A stretch of 64,000 bases of DNA. Source: Callorhinchus milii (lineage: Eukaryota). The stretch spans positions 128,528,001 through 128,592,000 of the forward strand of contig NW_024704742.1 of NCBI RefSeq assembly GCF_018977255.1, given 5' to 3'. The notes beneath the pieces were generated by a model. That model searched no databases. It had not been told where the DNA came from and was given only the letters and a program-made list of their open reading frames with translations. Positions within the stretch are counted from its first letter, which is position 1. Every line of letters begins with the position of its first letter. Shown here in pieces: positions 11,018 through 23,949 of this stretch. The position numbers and the translations under genes are program-made.

Positions 11018-12142
11018 GTTGATATTATTTCTGTAATCTATCATTTGAAGAATAACTCCCTTCCCTCCCCATTTCAAAGCCTGCCTTTATATTTAGTCTT
11101 CAACTGCATTTATAACCATCCCCTGATATACCCCTCCTTTTCAGCTATTCACACACCACCAACAACAGCATCAAATTAGATTTGCAAAGAGCCTTTCATG
11201 TCAGCAGCTGTGTAAAGTGAAAGATCCTATATAAATGTAAATTGTAATATAAGAACCATGAACATTTAACTCTGCATATATAAATGTTTAGAGGTTAAGA
11301 ATCTGCTATTTATTACTATCCATTGTACTGGAACCATATATGTTCCTAAACAGCTGTCCTTTTCCTTTTGTACCTGTTCATGAATGAACTTATCTTCAGC
11401 AATATTATCTAACAATACAAGTCCACAATCATCTTACAGAAGTCAATGCATCTACAGAAACATACAGCCGAAATGAAACCATACTGCTAAGTGACCTTTC
11501 TACTACCCGATGGAATTGAATTTCTGTCTTTGGTGCAGTCATTTTAACACCTCATATTAACTGCTCAGATATTAAGACACCCGACATCACTGAAAATATT
11601 CTCATTTTATTAATAGCTGCTGTGTCCAATCATGTGTATATAATGGTGCCTCCACTGAACTGCTTACCCAATGCAATAATGAGAATCCAGGCATAGTAGA
11701 TGAAAACTTCAATTAAGCATAAAAGATACTGAAATCAATGAAAATGCATGATATTGCTCAATGGAAAATGACCAGAAAGTACATTCTTGCACAATATTAT
11801 GAAGAATGTAGCAGAGAGTAAGTTTGTGCAATACAGTACAATTCAATTTACATTTATATAGTACTTTTCACATCAGAAGGATGTCTCAAAGCATTTTAAC
11901 AGCTGGCTGGGCATTTGAGTTGGGGAACAAGTAGAAATTGAAGACCTTGATTAGATGTCAATACAGCATGGCAGAGTACTAGGTAAGAAAAGGACATTTA
12001 ATATGTTTGGTATTTGGTGCTGTATAGCTTGTATATGACTTGCATTTATCTTAGGGACAAGGTCTAGCAGCACAGCACATTGTATAATGATTACTGTAAA
12101 CTAGATAAATTCAACACTTTGCTAAATTCTGTATCTGCTGAA

Positions 12143-12490
12143 ATAATAATAATCCTTGCATTTGATGTAGTGCCTTTCACATTGGAGAACATCTTCTAAA
12201 GGGCTTCACATAATTTATTGTAAAGTGTAGTAACTAAATATTATGTAGCCAAATTATGCACACCAGTGTCCCACAAACAGCCATGAAGTGATTGATTAAT
12301 TTTAACCAGAGCATTGTTGACCAGGACACTGGGAGAAACTCCCTTCTCTTTCAAGTAGTGCCATGGGATCTTTAACATCTGCCCAAACAAGGAGACGGGA
12401 CCTCGATTTAACTTCTCATCTTAAAGACTACTCCAACACTGCGCTGGACTGTCAGATTAGACTGCGAGTTCAATATTCCAAAATGGTGCT
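12143..12490 (-). mobile_element. DeuSINE with L2-type tail
   Basis: TAGTGCCATGGGATCTTTAACATC...GGGACCTCGATTTAAC..CTCATC. Confidence 0.8.
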
Positions 12491-13199
12491 TGAATAAATA
12501 GAGTAAATATAGATCAGGATGGAGTTTCTATCTTAAAGCTAGTTAATATATTTTCTCTAAAATCAGAATAATACGTTAAATAGACCATACAAAAAATGAG
12601 AATGTGAGGATTTAATATAATATGAAACTTAAAATGAACCCTTTGATTACCAAATATCCCTTGTAGATTGAGTTTCTGTTTGATGAGTCTGAATCAATGA
12701 AAATTATAGTATTCTCTGTATTAAAATGAAAGAAAGGCATAAAATTATAAAGCGTGTGTTAATTTGTATTGTTCTTGAAAGGCTGATCTTGTCTTTTTTT
12801 CATTCTAGTGTAGCAAAGCTACTGCAATGCTAAAGGTTAATAGTACATTCATATTGCTCTTCAAAGAGAAATGTACGAGCTGTATGCCTATAAATTCAGT
12901 AGTTTATAAGCACTCTACTTTCTTGACAGATGAAAGTTTTCAACCACTACTCACTGCCTTGGGCATAAGTAACCATTTGAACAAAGAGTAGAAACAAAAT
13001 TAATCCTCAGACACCACTAATTAATCATACAGGTAATAACTTCACAACAGTCCATTTTCTGTATGTGCCATTACTTGGTTAACTCTGGCACACGCTGAAG
13101 AATGTTTTGGAACTGTGTTAGAGGTTTTGCGAGTGTCTGAGCACTTTATGGAGACCCAGGGTTTATAACGTCCTCATTATGCTCTTGAGGTAGAGCTAT

Positions 13200-13521
13200 G
13201 GAGTCCTGTAGCTCAGTGGTTAGAACACTCGCTTTGCAAGTGAGAGAACTGAGTTCAATTCCAGGCAGAGGGCGAAACCTTGGGCAAGTTTCCTTACTCC
13301 ACACGCCTAATAATAATCCTTCCAAAAAAACTAAACAATAATAAATTGGTCATTTTCAATCCATGACTGTTTGTGGGACACTACTGTGCGTAATTGGCTG
13401 CCACGCTTCGCCCACAAATATACAGTCAATTCACTTTACAGTATATTCTGTGAAGCGCTTTGGGACATCTAGAAGACGTGAAAAGCGCTATATCAAATGC
13501 AAGGATTATTATTATTATTAT
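13200..13521 (+). mobile_element. Full-length tRNA-derived SINE, short subfamily
   Basis: GGAGTCCTGTAGCTCAGTGGTTAGA head through to (ATT)n. Confidence 0.95.
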
Positions 13522-14224
13522 ATATAGATGTGTAATAGGAAAATATGTATGTGGATTCTTTTTTCAGGAGAAAGAGAAAAAAGAGGTACAAGGGCAAGCT
13601 GCAATCTTGTGGGCAACAATAGCATTTTATCCACTGAAATTCATTGGCTCTGAAAGGTATTTTTGCCTTAAACACATTCAGAGGCATTGTCAATATCTTT
13701 TAAAGATTGACGTATGGTATTAACTTAATTTATCCTAAACATGCAGTTGTTCTCCAACAAAACAATAGCAAGGTTGACTCATGGCTCATACAGTATATCA
13801 GAGGGTTTTAATAATATAGCAAAACATTGATATAATGCTTAGAGCATTTGAAACATACCTAGAATTGTGAAATGCCAGAGTGTAGTGTTAGTGTCAAATG
13901 TAAGTGACTGATGACAGATCAACCACATTTTGAAAGTAATGAAAATATTGGCATAAAAAGTTTCGCAAACAAACACGTTTGAAACTAGACGTGGAAGAGT
14001 ATTATTGAGGGAGGATAAAATAACTAGGTTTCTAATAGCAAGAAAGGAAATAGCAAGACTACTCAAAATCTGTTAACTATACAGCATTCGTTCCTGAAAT
14101 GTACACTATCAGAAATGCATTGTGGATATGAAAACAGTGCAGTTATCAGTTCTCCATGTGTTTGTAAATGTGTGTATATGTGTCTGTGTCTCTCTGCCTC
14201 TTTAAATCTGTGTGCATACAGGTA

Positions 14225-14460
14225 TGCACCATCAGCAGCAGCGCTTTCAGCCACTACGCCCTGAAACTCTGGAACACTCTCCCTCAATCCCTTCGTTTTG
14301 CTCCTCCTTTACCATCTTCAGGTTGTGTCGCTTTGATCGTGCTTACAGTCACCCGCCTACCACCATCCTCTGGCTCGGCATTAGACTCTGCTACTGTCAA
14401 GCCCTCCGATTCGCTGCCCTGCATAAGCAGCACTTTATAAATGGAAGTTGCTGTTGTCGT
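14225..14460 (+). mobile_element. L2 3' fragment
   Basis: AFSHYALKLWNTLP.SLR motif; tail TATAAATGGAAGTTGCTGTTG. Confidence 0.75.
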
Positions 14461-15659
14461 AGGTATTTATGTGGGTTTCTGTCTCTCCACTAATGCTTTA
14501 ACTATCTGTGTGTATGTGTATAGTTGTTCGTGTCTCAGTCTCACTATTCCTGTACTGACCTGGATTAGATCTCTCCACTTCATGTTGCTCTGTTAACCGA
14601 GCAATTTTGCACAGAACTCTGTTTTGCTGGTATCCCAGCTCCATTCACTTCTGTATCAGAATCCTGATGTAAATAATGAACATTAGTATTATTAATTTGT
14701 GAGGTCTGCAAAAGGATTTGTTAACTTGCTAGCGCTTTGGGACACTACCCAGAGTGAAGCGTGCTAGACAAATGCAAGTTGTTGTTGTTGTTGGGACATC
14801 CTCCCGACGTGAAAGGCACTATATGAATGTAATTTGTTGTTTTTTATGTTGTTGTTAATAACAAATCACGAATGTGTTGCAGGTTGGCAGCCTGAATGTT
14901 GATCTCAGTGCATGGCTTGAGTTGGAGATGTGAGCAGAGTTCCCTAATTCGCTCTTTGCAAATTCTCTTACAAACCTCACAATTTAGAACCTGGTGGCTT
15001 TAGGTCGGTTGCTGAAGCAAAGCAAACTAACCAATCTTACAACAATCTGCTACATATAACAAATAGAGCAAATTACACCCCCCGCCACCCCATGTGTGTT
15101 ACCCACTCAGTGAAGTTGATTATCTCCAGTTGAAATTTTGTTAAAGAAGCAAATATCATTTCAGGAAGTTGAATGATTCATTCTCTTAATTGTTCAATAA
15201 TCCATTTTTTTAAATCGTTATCCTTTTCAGCTTCAGGGTATTATTTTAATCTATTCTGTGCTATAGTGCATTTCTAATACTCAAATAGCTCACTGAGGTG
15301 TAATATCACACTGACGATATCTCAGTCCACTTTCATGGATTAATAAACCTTCGGTCATAACTGTAGCGCTTCAAGCCACGCTTCCCAAGAGATACTTTAA
15401 GTGTAACGGAAATTTTGACTGCAACATCTCGAAACAAAGATAGCATGGTATTCAATATAATGGGGCTTTTTCGGTTATGTTTTGCTGTGAAGACGATCAA
15501 CATTCTTGTTGTGGCCAGCCACAAAGTTTACTGTCCTCAAAGAGTTAAGTCTTAGGTGTTTATTGCAATGTGCATTTGGCAACAACTGAAGTATGGCAAA
15601 AACGCAGATATTTCTGAATAGACTTTGAAATATACGACTAGTTCATGGTAATGCATTGA

Positions 15660-15930
15660 TGTCTTCACTCTAGTGATTTATGGCTGCGTGTCATAGCCTG
15701 GGCTTCAGCTTCATCTGCAGCGAGGAGCTTGCGGCTAATGGAATAATGAAGGGACATAAAACTCTGTTTCTGCTGATGTACTTTGGCACACAGTACCTGC
15801 AAACGCACATTAGAATGGATCTATATCAGCCGTGTGTCTGGAGAGTCTGGCTGCTGACAGGTTTATGCTTGTCTTCTTCCAACATGCTGCAATTGTACAG
15901 CTGAATCCAGCAACCGCCTCAGCTCAGTGC
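15660..15930. promoter_or_regulatory. Candidate conserved non-coding enhancer (PBX-HOX + MEIS)
   Basis: TGATTTATGG 15674-15683, TGTCA 15689-15693, TGACAG 15855-15860; non-repetitive, retains CpGs. Confidence 0.45.
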
Positions 15931-16359
15931 CTGCGCTCTGACTGGGAACATGCCCTCCGATACTACCAAATTCCAACTCTTAATGAATTCAGGACCTTGA
16001 TGGAATAATCAGTACCTGCACCTGCAATCCCTTGATCACTGTCTGCCCCGTGTTCTGTCTCTGACAATTTTTTTTCTGGTCCTTAATTTCAAATCTGTCC
16101 TTGAAAGCAACAGCTGTTATCTCTCACATGGAGTTGGTGCCAAGACAGACCGAGGATCAATGTTTGTAGATGCTGGCTTCAGGGTTTTAGATTTTAGCTG
16201 CAAAAGCGCTCAAAAAGAAAATGATGTATTTTGTGCAAAAGTTTCCAGATATGTAAGAATGAAAACACAAAGCACGTTTAATTTCCTACAGCAAACATCC
16301 AAAAATATCCGATAATTACGACGGTTGCAATAATAATTATTAATACAAGAATTCTTGTA

Positions 16360-16695
16360 ATAAATAATCCTTATATTTGATTTAGCGCCTTTCACATCAG
16401 AACTGCATCTCTAAGAGGTTCACAGAATATCATCTCGATGCGAAAGGCCTTATATAAATGTTCATTTGTATAATGTAAACTGTAGTGACTGTGTATTTTG
16501 CAGACAAGTGCAGCAGTCAATTTGCACACAGTCATGAAGTGAATGACCAATTTTATTTGGGGGATTGTTGGCCAGGGCACTAGGAGAAACTCTCTTCACT
16601 TTTCGAGTAGTGCCACCCAATCTTTGATGGCCACCTGAATAGGCAGAAGAGACTTCATTTTTAACATCTCATCCAAAGCACAGCACCTCTGACAA
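16360..16695 (-). mobile_element. DeuSINE
   Basis: CCACCTGAATAGGCAGA...TTTAACATCTCATCCAAAG plus tail. Confidence 0.75.
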
Positions 16696-18654
16696 TAAAC
16701 ATAATACAATACAATTTGTTGGAGACCAGAGGAGGGTTGGAGAGGGAACAGGTGACTGAAAGTGCGGCCAAAATGTGTCTTGAGATAGACGTTGAATGAG
16801 GTGAGGGAGGGAACAAGTCCAGAGTGCACCCCAAGCACTGCAGCAGAACGTCAACCTACCACATGAGGTCAAAATCACAATATAGGGCCCACAACTCTCT
16901 AAGCTTAATGCAGATCTAACAGTTAAAATTAAAATATTACTGTTATAGTCCAGCACACTATAACTTTTCAGACAACACTTTTCAGAAATTACTTCTTTAT
17001 AAGCAATCCGAGCAAATGAACGGTCAGTCCTTCCGGTAAATGAAATTCATCCCATCAGTTTATACTATTTTGCTCTACTCCTGGAATAGAGTTCCCATGG
17101 GATGGAAGGAAATTATACAGGATTCCTTATTAAAGAATGTGGTTAAAAAATATCCAAAATTAGACCCTAAGCACGCGTGGAACCTGGATATCAATTAAAA
17201 TGTAAATATCTTCTTTCTGCATCATGTACTATCTGGATATTCATTGATTAAAAGAGGTATTCCACCACTTTAAGATGGCTTCTACAATACATTACATGGG
17301 AGAAAGTCCACCTGGGGCTAGATTTACTCTATTTATTTAGCATTTCACTGTATTCAGAATTTAACAAAATCTTAAACATAGCCTTCATTTTGAAGACAAA
17401 TTTCTGTATGTTATTTTAAGAATGATTGGAAACCAACCTTGTTTGACTACAAAATACACATTATACACAGTCATACACTTTACAGTAAAATCTTGTGAGT
17501 CTTTGAAACATCTTCACGCCGTGATAAGGTGTTATATCAAACGTAAGGATTATTATTAGTCTCAAAGAGTTTCTTAAATGAGCCCAGTTTCTTGGCATCT
17601 ACCACACTTCTTGATATTTTTGCAGCTATTAATTGCCCTAAACAAAAGAAATATATCTGGGTCTTGGTCTCTTTTTCAAAAATCTTAGCATCTGTCCTAA
17701 AATTTTGCTTCACAACTCTGAACCTTTGCCCAGTATCTAACTGAATTATTGAACTTATTGAATAATTATTGAACTTATTGAACGTATTGAATATAAATTC
17801 AATGTAGCATGACATTCAATATTTTTGGATTGATTTTAATAATACTAAATACTGTACTAGATCCATCAGCCTAAATAGTAATTGATCTTTATCTACCATA
17901 CAAAAGCTAACAGTATCAGACAAACCTATTCTGTCACACACTCCTTTTTCTTGAAAAATTACCGTCTGTCTGCACACTCCAGTTCTGAATAAAAATAGCA
18001 GTTTCATTATTTCTCAGCTTGGATCACCACTGATAGTTTGCAACAGATTTATACTCTGTATAAAGTAAAATCTAACATGTCTTCAAACTCACCCACCCCC
18101 ACTTCCCTCCCAGTTCATTTACAATCTACAAATAATTCAATTTTATTTGAGAATTTTATTTCCAGGCTTGCCAATTTCACTCCATGTGTGCAACGAACCC
18201 TGCCAAACAAGCCTCAAAGAGAATTGTGAGGGTCAGATACACCTGAGCATTTTACATTTATGAGAGAAGAGACAATATTGAAATAGTCTTATACGATTTT
18301 GAAACGGATTACTCAATAACAAAACGAGAAGTGTAATACTCCAGCCAGTAGGAACTCCATTCAAACACAATCTACATCCTGAGAAATTTCCTTCAGTCAT
18401 TGTGACAATCTTCTGGTTACCTAACCTCCTTCCTGCTCAGATTCCTTATTAAAGAATTGATACATTAGGTTCCACTGCCTATGTTTCAAATGACTTCTAT
18501 GTTAAATATACTTACTCATTTCATGTAGCTTCCTGCAACCACAAGTTGATGGCTGAAAGGACCACACATTCCCTGTAAATGTTACTGTGGAAATTATGGT
18601 GAAACTAGGAAATACTGGTATTTGATTCCAGGTATTTCATGGGTAACAAAGGGC

Positions 18655-18990
18655 AGAAGATTGCGGGTTCAAGCCCCATGTCAGGACATTGAGCTTCCAG
18701 ACGAAGTTGACACAGTGCAGCACTATTTTGTCTTCGGAAGCGTCATCCTTCAAGTATGATGTTAAACTGAGATTCCATCTGCCTGTTCAGGAGGACATAA
18801 AGATCCCATGACACTATTTGTGAAGAGAAGAAAGTGTGTCCTGGCAAGCAATTCTCCAGGTAAATAGGTCATTGTTTTCATGGCTATTTGTGGGAACAAA
18901 TTGCTGCTGCATATATCTGCAAAAACACAATCACTACACTCAGCAGCAATTACTTCTGAAGCACTTTGAGATGCTGTGACATTATAGGCA
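18655..18990 (+). mobile_element. DeuSINE with tRNA head remnant
   Basis: GGGTTCAAGCCCC B box; ATCTGCCTGTTCAGGAGGACATAAAGATCCCATGACACTATTT. Confidence 0.75.
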
Positions 18991-19828
18991 AGGTTTGTTA
19001 ATATTGTAATTGACCTGGTTTTCAGGTCACTGTAGGAGATTGACTTAAAAACACCAATATTTTTTGAAATCCTACATTTTGATGTTCTTCATTTTCCCAC
19101 TACACCATATAATATTTGAATATTCCAACAACATGGCCTTAAGGCTGATTCCCCCCACCCCTGTCCACTCTTAGTCTCGGCTTGTGCATTTTGGCTGCCG
19201 CCACCGACCCAAGCTCCTTCTCCCAAAAATGCTTCCACCCCTATCCCCTACCCTCCACTACTCCTGCTCAATCCTTCTCTTTCATCTTTCATCGCCCTCC
19301 CTGCCTCTTCTCCCTGATTGACCATCCCACAGACTCCTCTGCTCCAGCCTGTGAATTCTCCGTTGCACTCACCATGGCAGACACTGCTGGCTGTCCAAAA
19401 GCAGCTAACCTAACTGCCCTATTCTCAACCTCTGCTGAAAGGTCCATCGGTCCCCGGCCCCAGGGTCCAACCACTCCTCCATTATCCACATCCCCACCCT
19501 CCCTGTCAATCATCCCCCTCCCCTCTCATCTCATCCATTCCTCCACCACCAGCTGTCCCCTCTGCGTCAGCCTACACAATGTTCGCTCACTCTCCAGGAA
19601 AACACTCACCATCCAAGCCTTCATTGTCAACGAAGACATCAACATTGTTGCCCTCACTGAAACCTGGTTCACCCCAGGTGACACCATCCCCCTGACCGAG
19701 GCCACACCATCTGGCTTTACCTGCCACCATAACCTATGGCCTAATCGCCATGGTGGCTTTCATTTCCTGGTCCCCACACAGGCGATAGCCTTACTTCACA
19801 GGAATCTTCCCCTCCTTTGAGTACCTCC

Positions 19829-19898
19829 AGCGCCTTGGGACGTCCTCCTGACGTGAAAGGCGCTTTATAAATGGAATCTTGTTGTTGTTGTTGTTGTT
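19829..19898 (+). mobile_element. Tail-only L2 insertion (type A)
   Basis: AGCGCCTTGGGACGTCCTCCTGACGTGAAAGGCGCTTTATAAATGGAATC(TTG)n inside the EN region. Confidence 0.85.
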
Positions 19899-19970
19899 AC
19901 CCTGTAATATCCCTCCAGCCTTTCCTTCAAAGTCCTCCTTGTTTATTATGCCCCCAAACCCTCCCCCACC

Positions 19971-20295
19971 TTCCACTGGTGGGTGGGTCGGTAACCCGAG
20001 GAGACCGATTTAAAACAGTTGTTAAAAGAAGCAGAGGAGAGGTAAGGAGAAATTTTTTCACAGAGCGAGTTGTTTGGTTCTGGAATGCATTGCCTGAAAG
20101 GGTGGTGGAAGCTGATTTGATAACAACTTTTAAAAGAGAAGTAGTTAATTATTTGGGGAGGACAAGTTTGCAGGGCTATGGGGAGAGAGCAAGGGAGTGG
20201 GATTGAATTGGATAGTTCTTTTCAAAGAGCCGGCACAGACATGGTGGCCGAATGGCCTCCTTCTGTGCTGTATAATTCTATGATTCTATGATTCC
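19971..20295 (+). mobile_element. CR1 3' fragment nested in L2
   Basis: TRGDRFK...RRNFFTERVV.FWNALP; tail GGCCGAATGGCCTCCTTCTGTGCTG(ATTCTATG)n; TTCC at both junctions. Confidence 0.92.
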
Positions 20296-21579
20296 TCTTG
20301 GACATCTCCACCATCTTTCTCCCCTCTCCCTCTGCTCCGAATGCCTCCTTATGCTAGGCGACTTCAACCGCACTTCATCCCCTCCTGGTCTATCTCCACT
20401 GACTTCTCTCTCTCTTCTCACAACCTTCCGTTCCACATTCACTCCACCACTCACATCCATCACCTTGCTGATTATCCAGGGCCTTAATGTCTCGAACCTC
20501 ACCATCATCAACAAAGTCATCTCAGACCATTATTTAATCTCCCTTAACTCCTCAATCCCTCTCCCCACCACCACCCAACCCACGAGATCATGGAAACCTA
20601 CCACCACTGGAAAAAAATCTCGCCTCCCTCCCTCTCCACGACCTTGAAATCATCTGAATTCCTCTCTCTCTGGGCTTCCTCTTGCAATGACCTATCCTCC
20701 TCAGTCACTCTCCTCCACAACTTCCTCTCCACCGCTCTCGATGCCCTTGCTCCCCTCAGTTCCCAAAGCGACTCCTTCTCATGGACGTCACCCTGATGCA
20801 CCAACCACCTCCACTCCGCTCACAGATGCATGCCGCCAAATGCACCTGGCTGAAATCTAACTTAATAGTCCATTGGCAGATCTGGCTGGACCTTATCTAA
20901 ACTTACTGCTCCGCCCTCACCTCCGCTAAATCTTGGAGGCCAAGGACAACCCCAGGCTCCTCTTCTCCATCACCAACCGGCTCCTCCGCCCACCCACCCA
21001 CTCATGCCTCGATCATCCTCTCCTCCAATCCAACTGTGAGGAGATGCTGGACTTCCTCAAAACCAAAATTGAGTGGATCTGCTCAGCTGCCTCTGCCCTT
21101 CCAACTATTACTTCCGCCCAATCTACCCCTCACACTCCGGCTGCTACCCATCACAACCTCAACAAATCTAAACCTGTCTCCCCCTCCTCTCTCACCATTA
21201 CTATAACCCATATCAAACTGACCACCTGCTACCTCAACCCCATCCCTACCTCTCTCCTTACCTCCCAACTCCACCTTCTTGCACTCCTACTCACAGGCAT
21301 CATAAATCTCGCCTTGTCCTCTGGCACCATTCCCACCATGTTAGAAATGGTCATCATCACTCCTATCCTTAAAAAATCCTCCCTGGACCCCCACTCAAAT
21401 TATCACCCCATCGCCAACCTCCCTTTCTTTCCAAGGTCGTGGCTTCCTAACTTCTCTTCTTCCTCTCCTGCCACTCCCTTCACAAACCCCTCTCATCTGG
21501 TTTCCGTGATGCCCATAGCACAGAAACAGCTTTGGTCAAAGTGACAAATGACATTTTGTCCCTCTGCCTCCTTATCTCT

Positions 21580-21761
21580 TTGACCATGCCTTCAGCTCCC
21601 CTCTCGACTCTCTACCCCCTCCTCCCTCCCTCCCTTCCCTCCCCTCACCCTGACCATTTCCCCCTTGCTCAGGTCCTGACCCAACTGTACAGCGCCTTGG
21701 GACGTCCTCCCGACGTGAAAGGCGCTCTATAAATGGAATCTTGTTGTTGTTGTTGTTGACC
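21580..21761 (+). mobile_element. Young L2 3' fragment (type A) nested in L2 RT
   Basis: Similar to 36375-36547 and 56736-56888; TTGACC at 21580-21585 and 21756-21761. Confidence 0.9.
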
Positions 21762-21877
21762 TCTCTGCTGCCTTCAATAGGAGGATTGACAACTCTATCC
21801 TCCTCCACCGCCTCTCCTCTTAGCTCAACCTTCATGGTTCTGTCCTTGAATGATTCAGATCCTACTTCTCACACCAT

Positions 21878-21925
21878 CTCCACTTAATCTCCACAAGAGG
21901 CTTCTCTTGTGGAGATTAAGTGGAG
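21878..21925. repeat. Perfect 22-bp inverted repeat with 4-nt loop, followed by a 15-bp tandem duplication (21926-21955)
   Basis: CTCCACTTAATCTCCACAAGAG-GCTT-CTCTTGTGGAGATTAAGTGGAG then (CTAGAGGCTTCTCCT)2. Confidence 0.95.
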
Positions 21926-23949
21926 CTAGAGGCTTCTCCTCTAGAGGCTTCTCCTCTAGCGCCCACACCATCTCATGCGGTGTTCCTCAGGGCTCTGTCC
22001 TTGGTCCCCTCCTCTTCAATATCTGTATACTCCCTCTTGATGACATAATCTGCAGAAATGGGGTCAACTTCCCCATGTATGTGGATGATACCCAACTCTA
22101 TCTCTCTGCCTCCACCCTCGACTCCAGGATCACTGCTGTCCTGACAGAATGTCTGTCAGACATCAAGTCCTGAATGAGAGCAAACTTTCTACAGCTGAAT
22201 GTCAACAAGACTGAGGTTTTCCTGATTGGCTCCCATTAGCGACTCCATGCCTCAGGCACTGACAGCATCACCATCCATGGATGCACACTCCACCTCACTT
22301 AGCCAGTCTAGAACCTTGGCGTTTTGTTTGACCCTCAACTTTCTTTTCTACCCACATCCGTACCATGACTCGCTCGACCTTCCCCAACACCGCAACATCG
22401 CCTGGCTGCTCCACTGTCTCACACCGCAGGCTCCGAAACCATCATATATGCCTTCATTACATCCAGACTTGACTACGCTAATTGTCAGCTTTCCCAACTT
22501 CTCCCTCCATAGGTTGCAGATAATCCAGAACTCTGCAGCCCAAGTCCTCTCACACACCAGGCTCCACCCTATCACTCCCATCCTCACCCGAATCCACTGG
22601 CTTCCCATCATGCAGAGGATACAGTTCAACATCCTGGTCCTCACTTTCAAAGCCCTCCATGGCCTTGCTCCCTCCTACCTCTGTGACCTCCTAAGCCCCT
22701 ACCAACCTGCCCACTCCCTCCACTCAGCGGGCTCCACGCCTCCCTCCTCGCCTGCCCCACCATTGGTGGTCGGGTCTTCAGCCATTCTGCACCCAGCCTC
22801 TGGAACTCCATCCCACAGTCCCTCTACCTCATCCCCTCCCTTGCCTCCTTCAGGACCCACCTCAAAACCCTCCACTTCAACCATGCTATCACCCTCCTTT
22901 CCCACCTGCCCTCTACCCTCCCTGATCCTGACCCCCAGCTTGGATCCAAAATATTGATTGGCTCGCATCTGGGGACGTCCTCCCGATGTGAAAGGTACTG
23001 TACAAATGTAATTTTGTTGCTGTTAACTATCTTGGAATAAACCTTTTTGCAGCCGATGGGGGAAGGGGGTAGATATTTTCTGTATCATTGTTTTTCTCAT
23101 TGTGTTTCACTGGCTTAAAAAGTGTTGGAAACTTTCAGATCTGCTGAATAAAATCTTTCTTTCTGATTCCCAATCCATTCCAAAAGGAACAGCTTCTCAG
23201 AAAAAAGACATTGTTTGTGCAAATCGATGACTGGTAAACAAAGGCAAGATAAATTGTAATTCCCAAAGCTTTTTATTTTGTGATTTTGCCTTTTAATTTT
23301 CTGCATGCAGTAATTAAAATCAGAAATGGAAATTGATTTTTTTTTGGTTTGATTTTAGTTGTGTGCAGGAAATTAAAAGTCTGAATCAGAGAGCTATAGG
23401 CTGCTAAAGGATTATTGGGAACCGTGTGTTACTTTTTCCTATTTTCTTCCAGCAATAATAAACAATTAACAATAATCTTTATTTTTGATCATGTCATCAA
23501 ATGTCTTAAAGTGCTTCACAGGATTTAATGTAGAATGCAAAAAACACTGTATCTTTGTAGGTAAACAATATCATTGCTTTGTTTTGCAAAACAATAGTAT
23601 CTTAAGAAGCATTTTTAGAAAAAAAATGAAAAATGCAAGTGATGATTATCATTAAATTACAACAAATGTCATATTTTTTACTCTTAGAAAAATGTTAGTA
23701 AAAATGATTTTTAAGTGCATTTGAGTTTTCACTATTCACAGTGTGTCTGTTACACTACGTGCTGCATTGTTCTTGTAAATACAGCCCATAAATACAATGT
23801 TCTTGGCACTGTTTATCTTTCCTATATGGTCTTGTCATAGATTTAATGTCCGAGCCCTGTCCTTAAACAATCTACAGACTGGAGAAAATTGGGTGTTAAA
23901 GAAGAAACGTCCTTGTCTGCTACCAATTCATTATCCATTAAAAAATGAT

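Larger units (their letters stand above)
19150..23024 (+). mobile_element. Near full-length decayed L2 LINE (APE endonuclease + RT) carrying three nested insertions
   Basis: EN motifs HNVRSL, ALTETW, GDFN (20357-20368), SDH (20522-20530); RT motifs [17 protein letters not shown] (22078-22089); C-terminal HWLPI..RI.F.IL.LTFKALHGLAPSYL; tail GGGACGTCCTCCCGATGTGAAAGG; many stops and frameshifts. Confidence 0.92.

Noticed and set aside
15333..15904. ORFs 15333-15524(-) and 15680-15904(+), and a possible minus-strand terminal exon after TTTGCAG at ~15797
   Set aside because: Peptides are unrecognisable, with no supporting exon chain
17744..17782. 20-bp tandem duplication (similar small ones at ~26000-26042, ~52127-52158 and ~63074-63124)
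   Set aside because: Ordinary slippage-scale duplications, mostly inside decayed repeats
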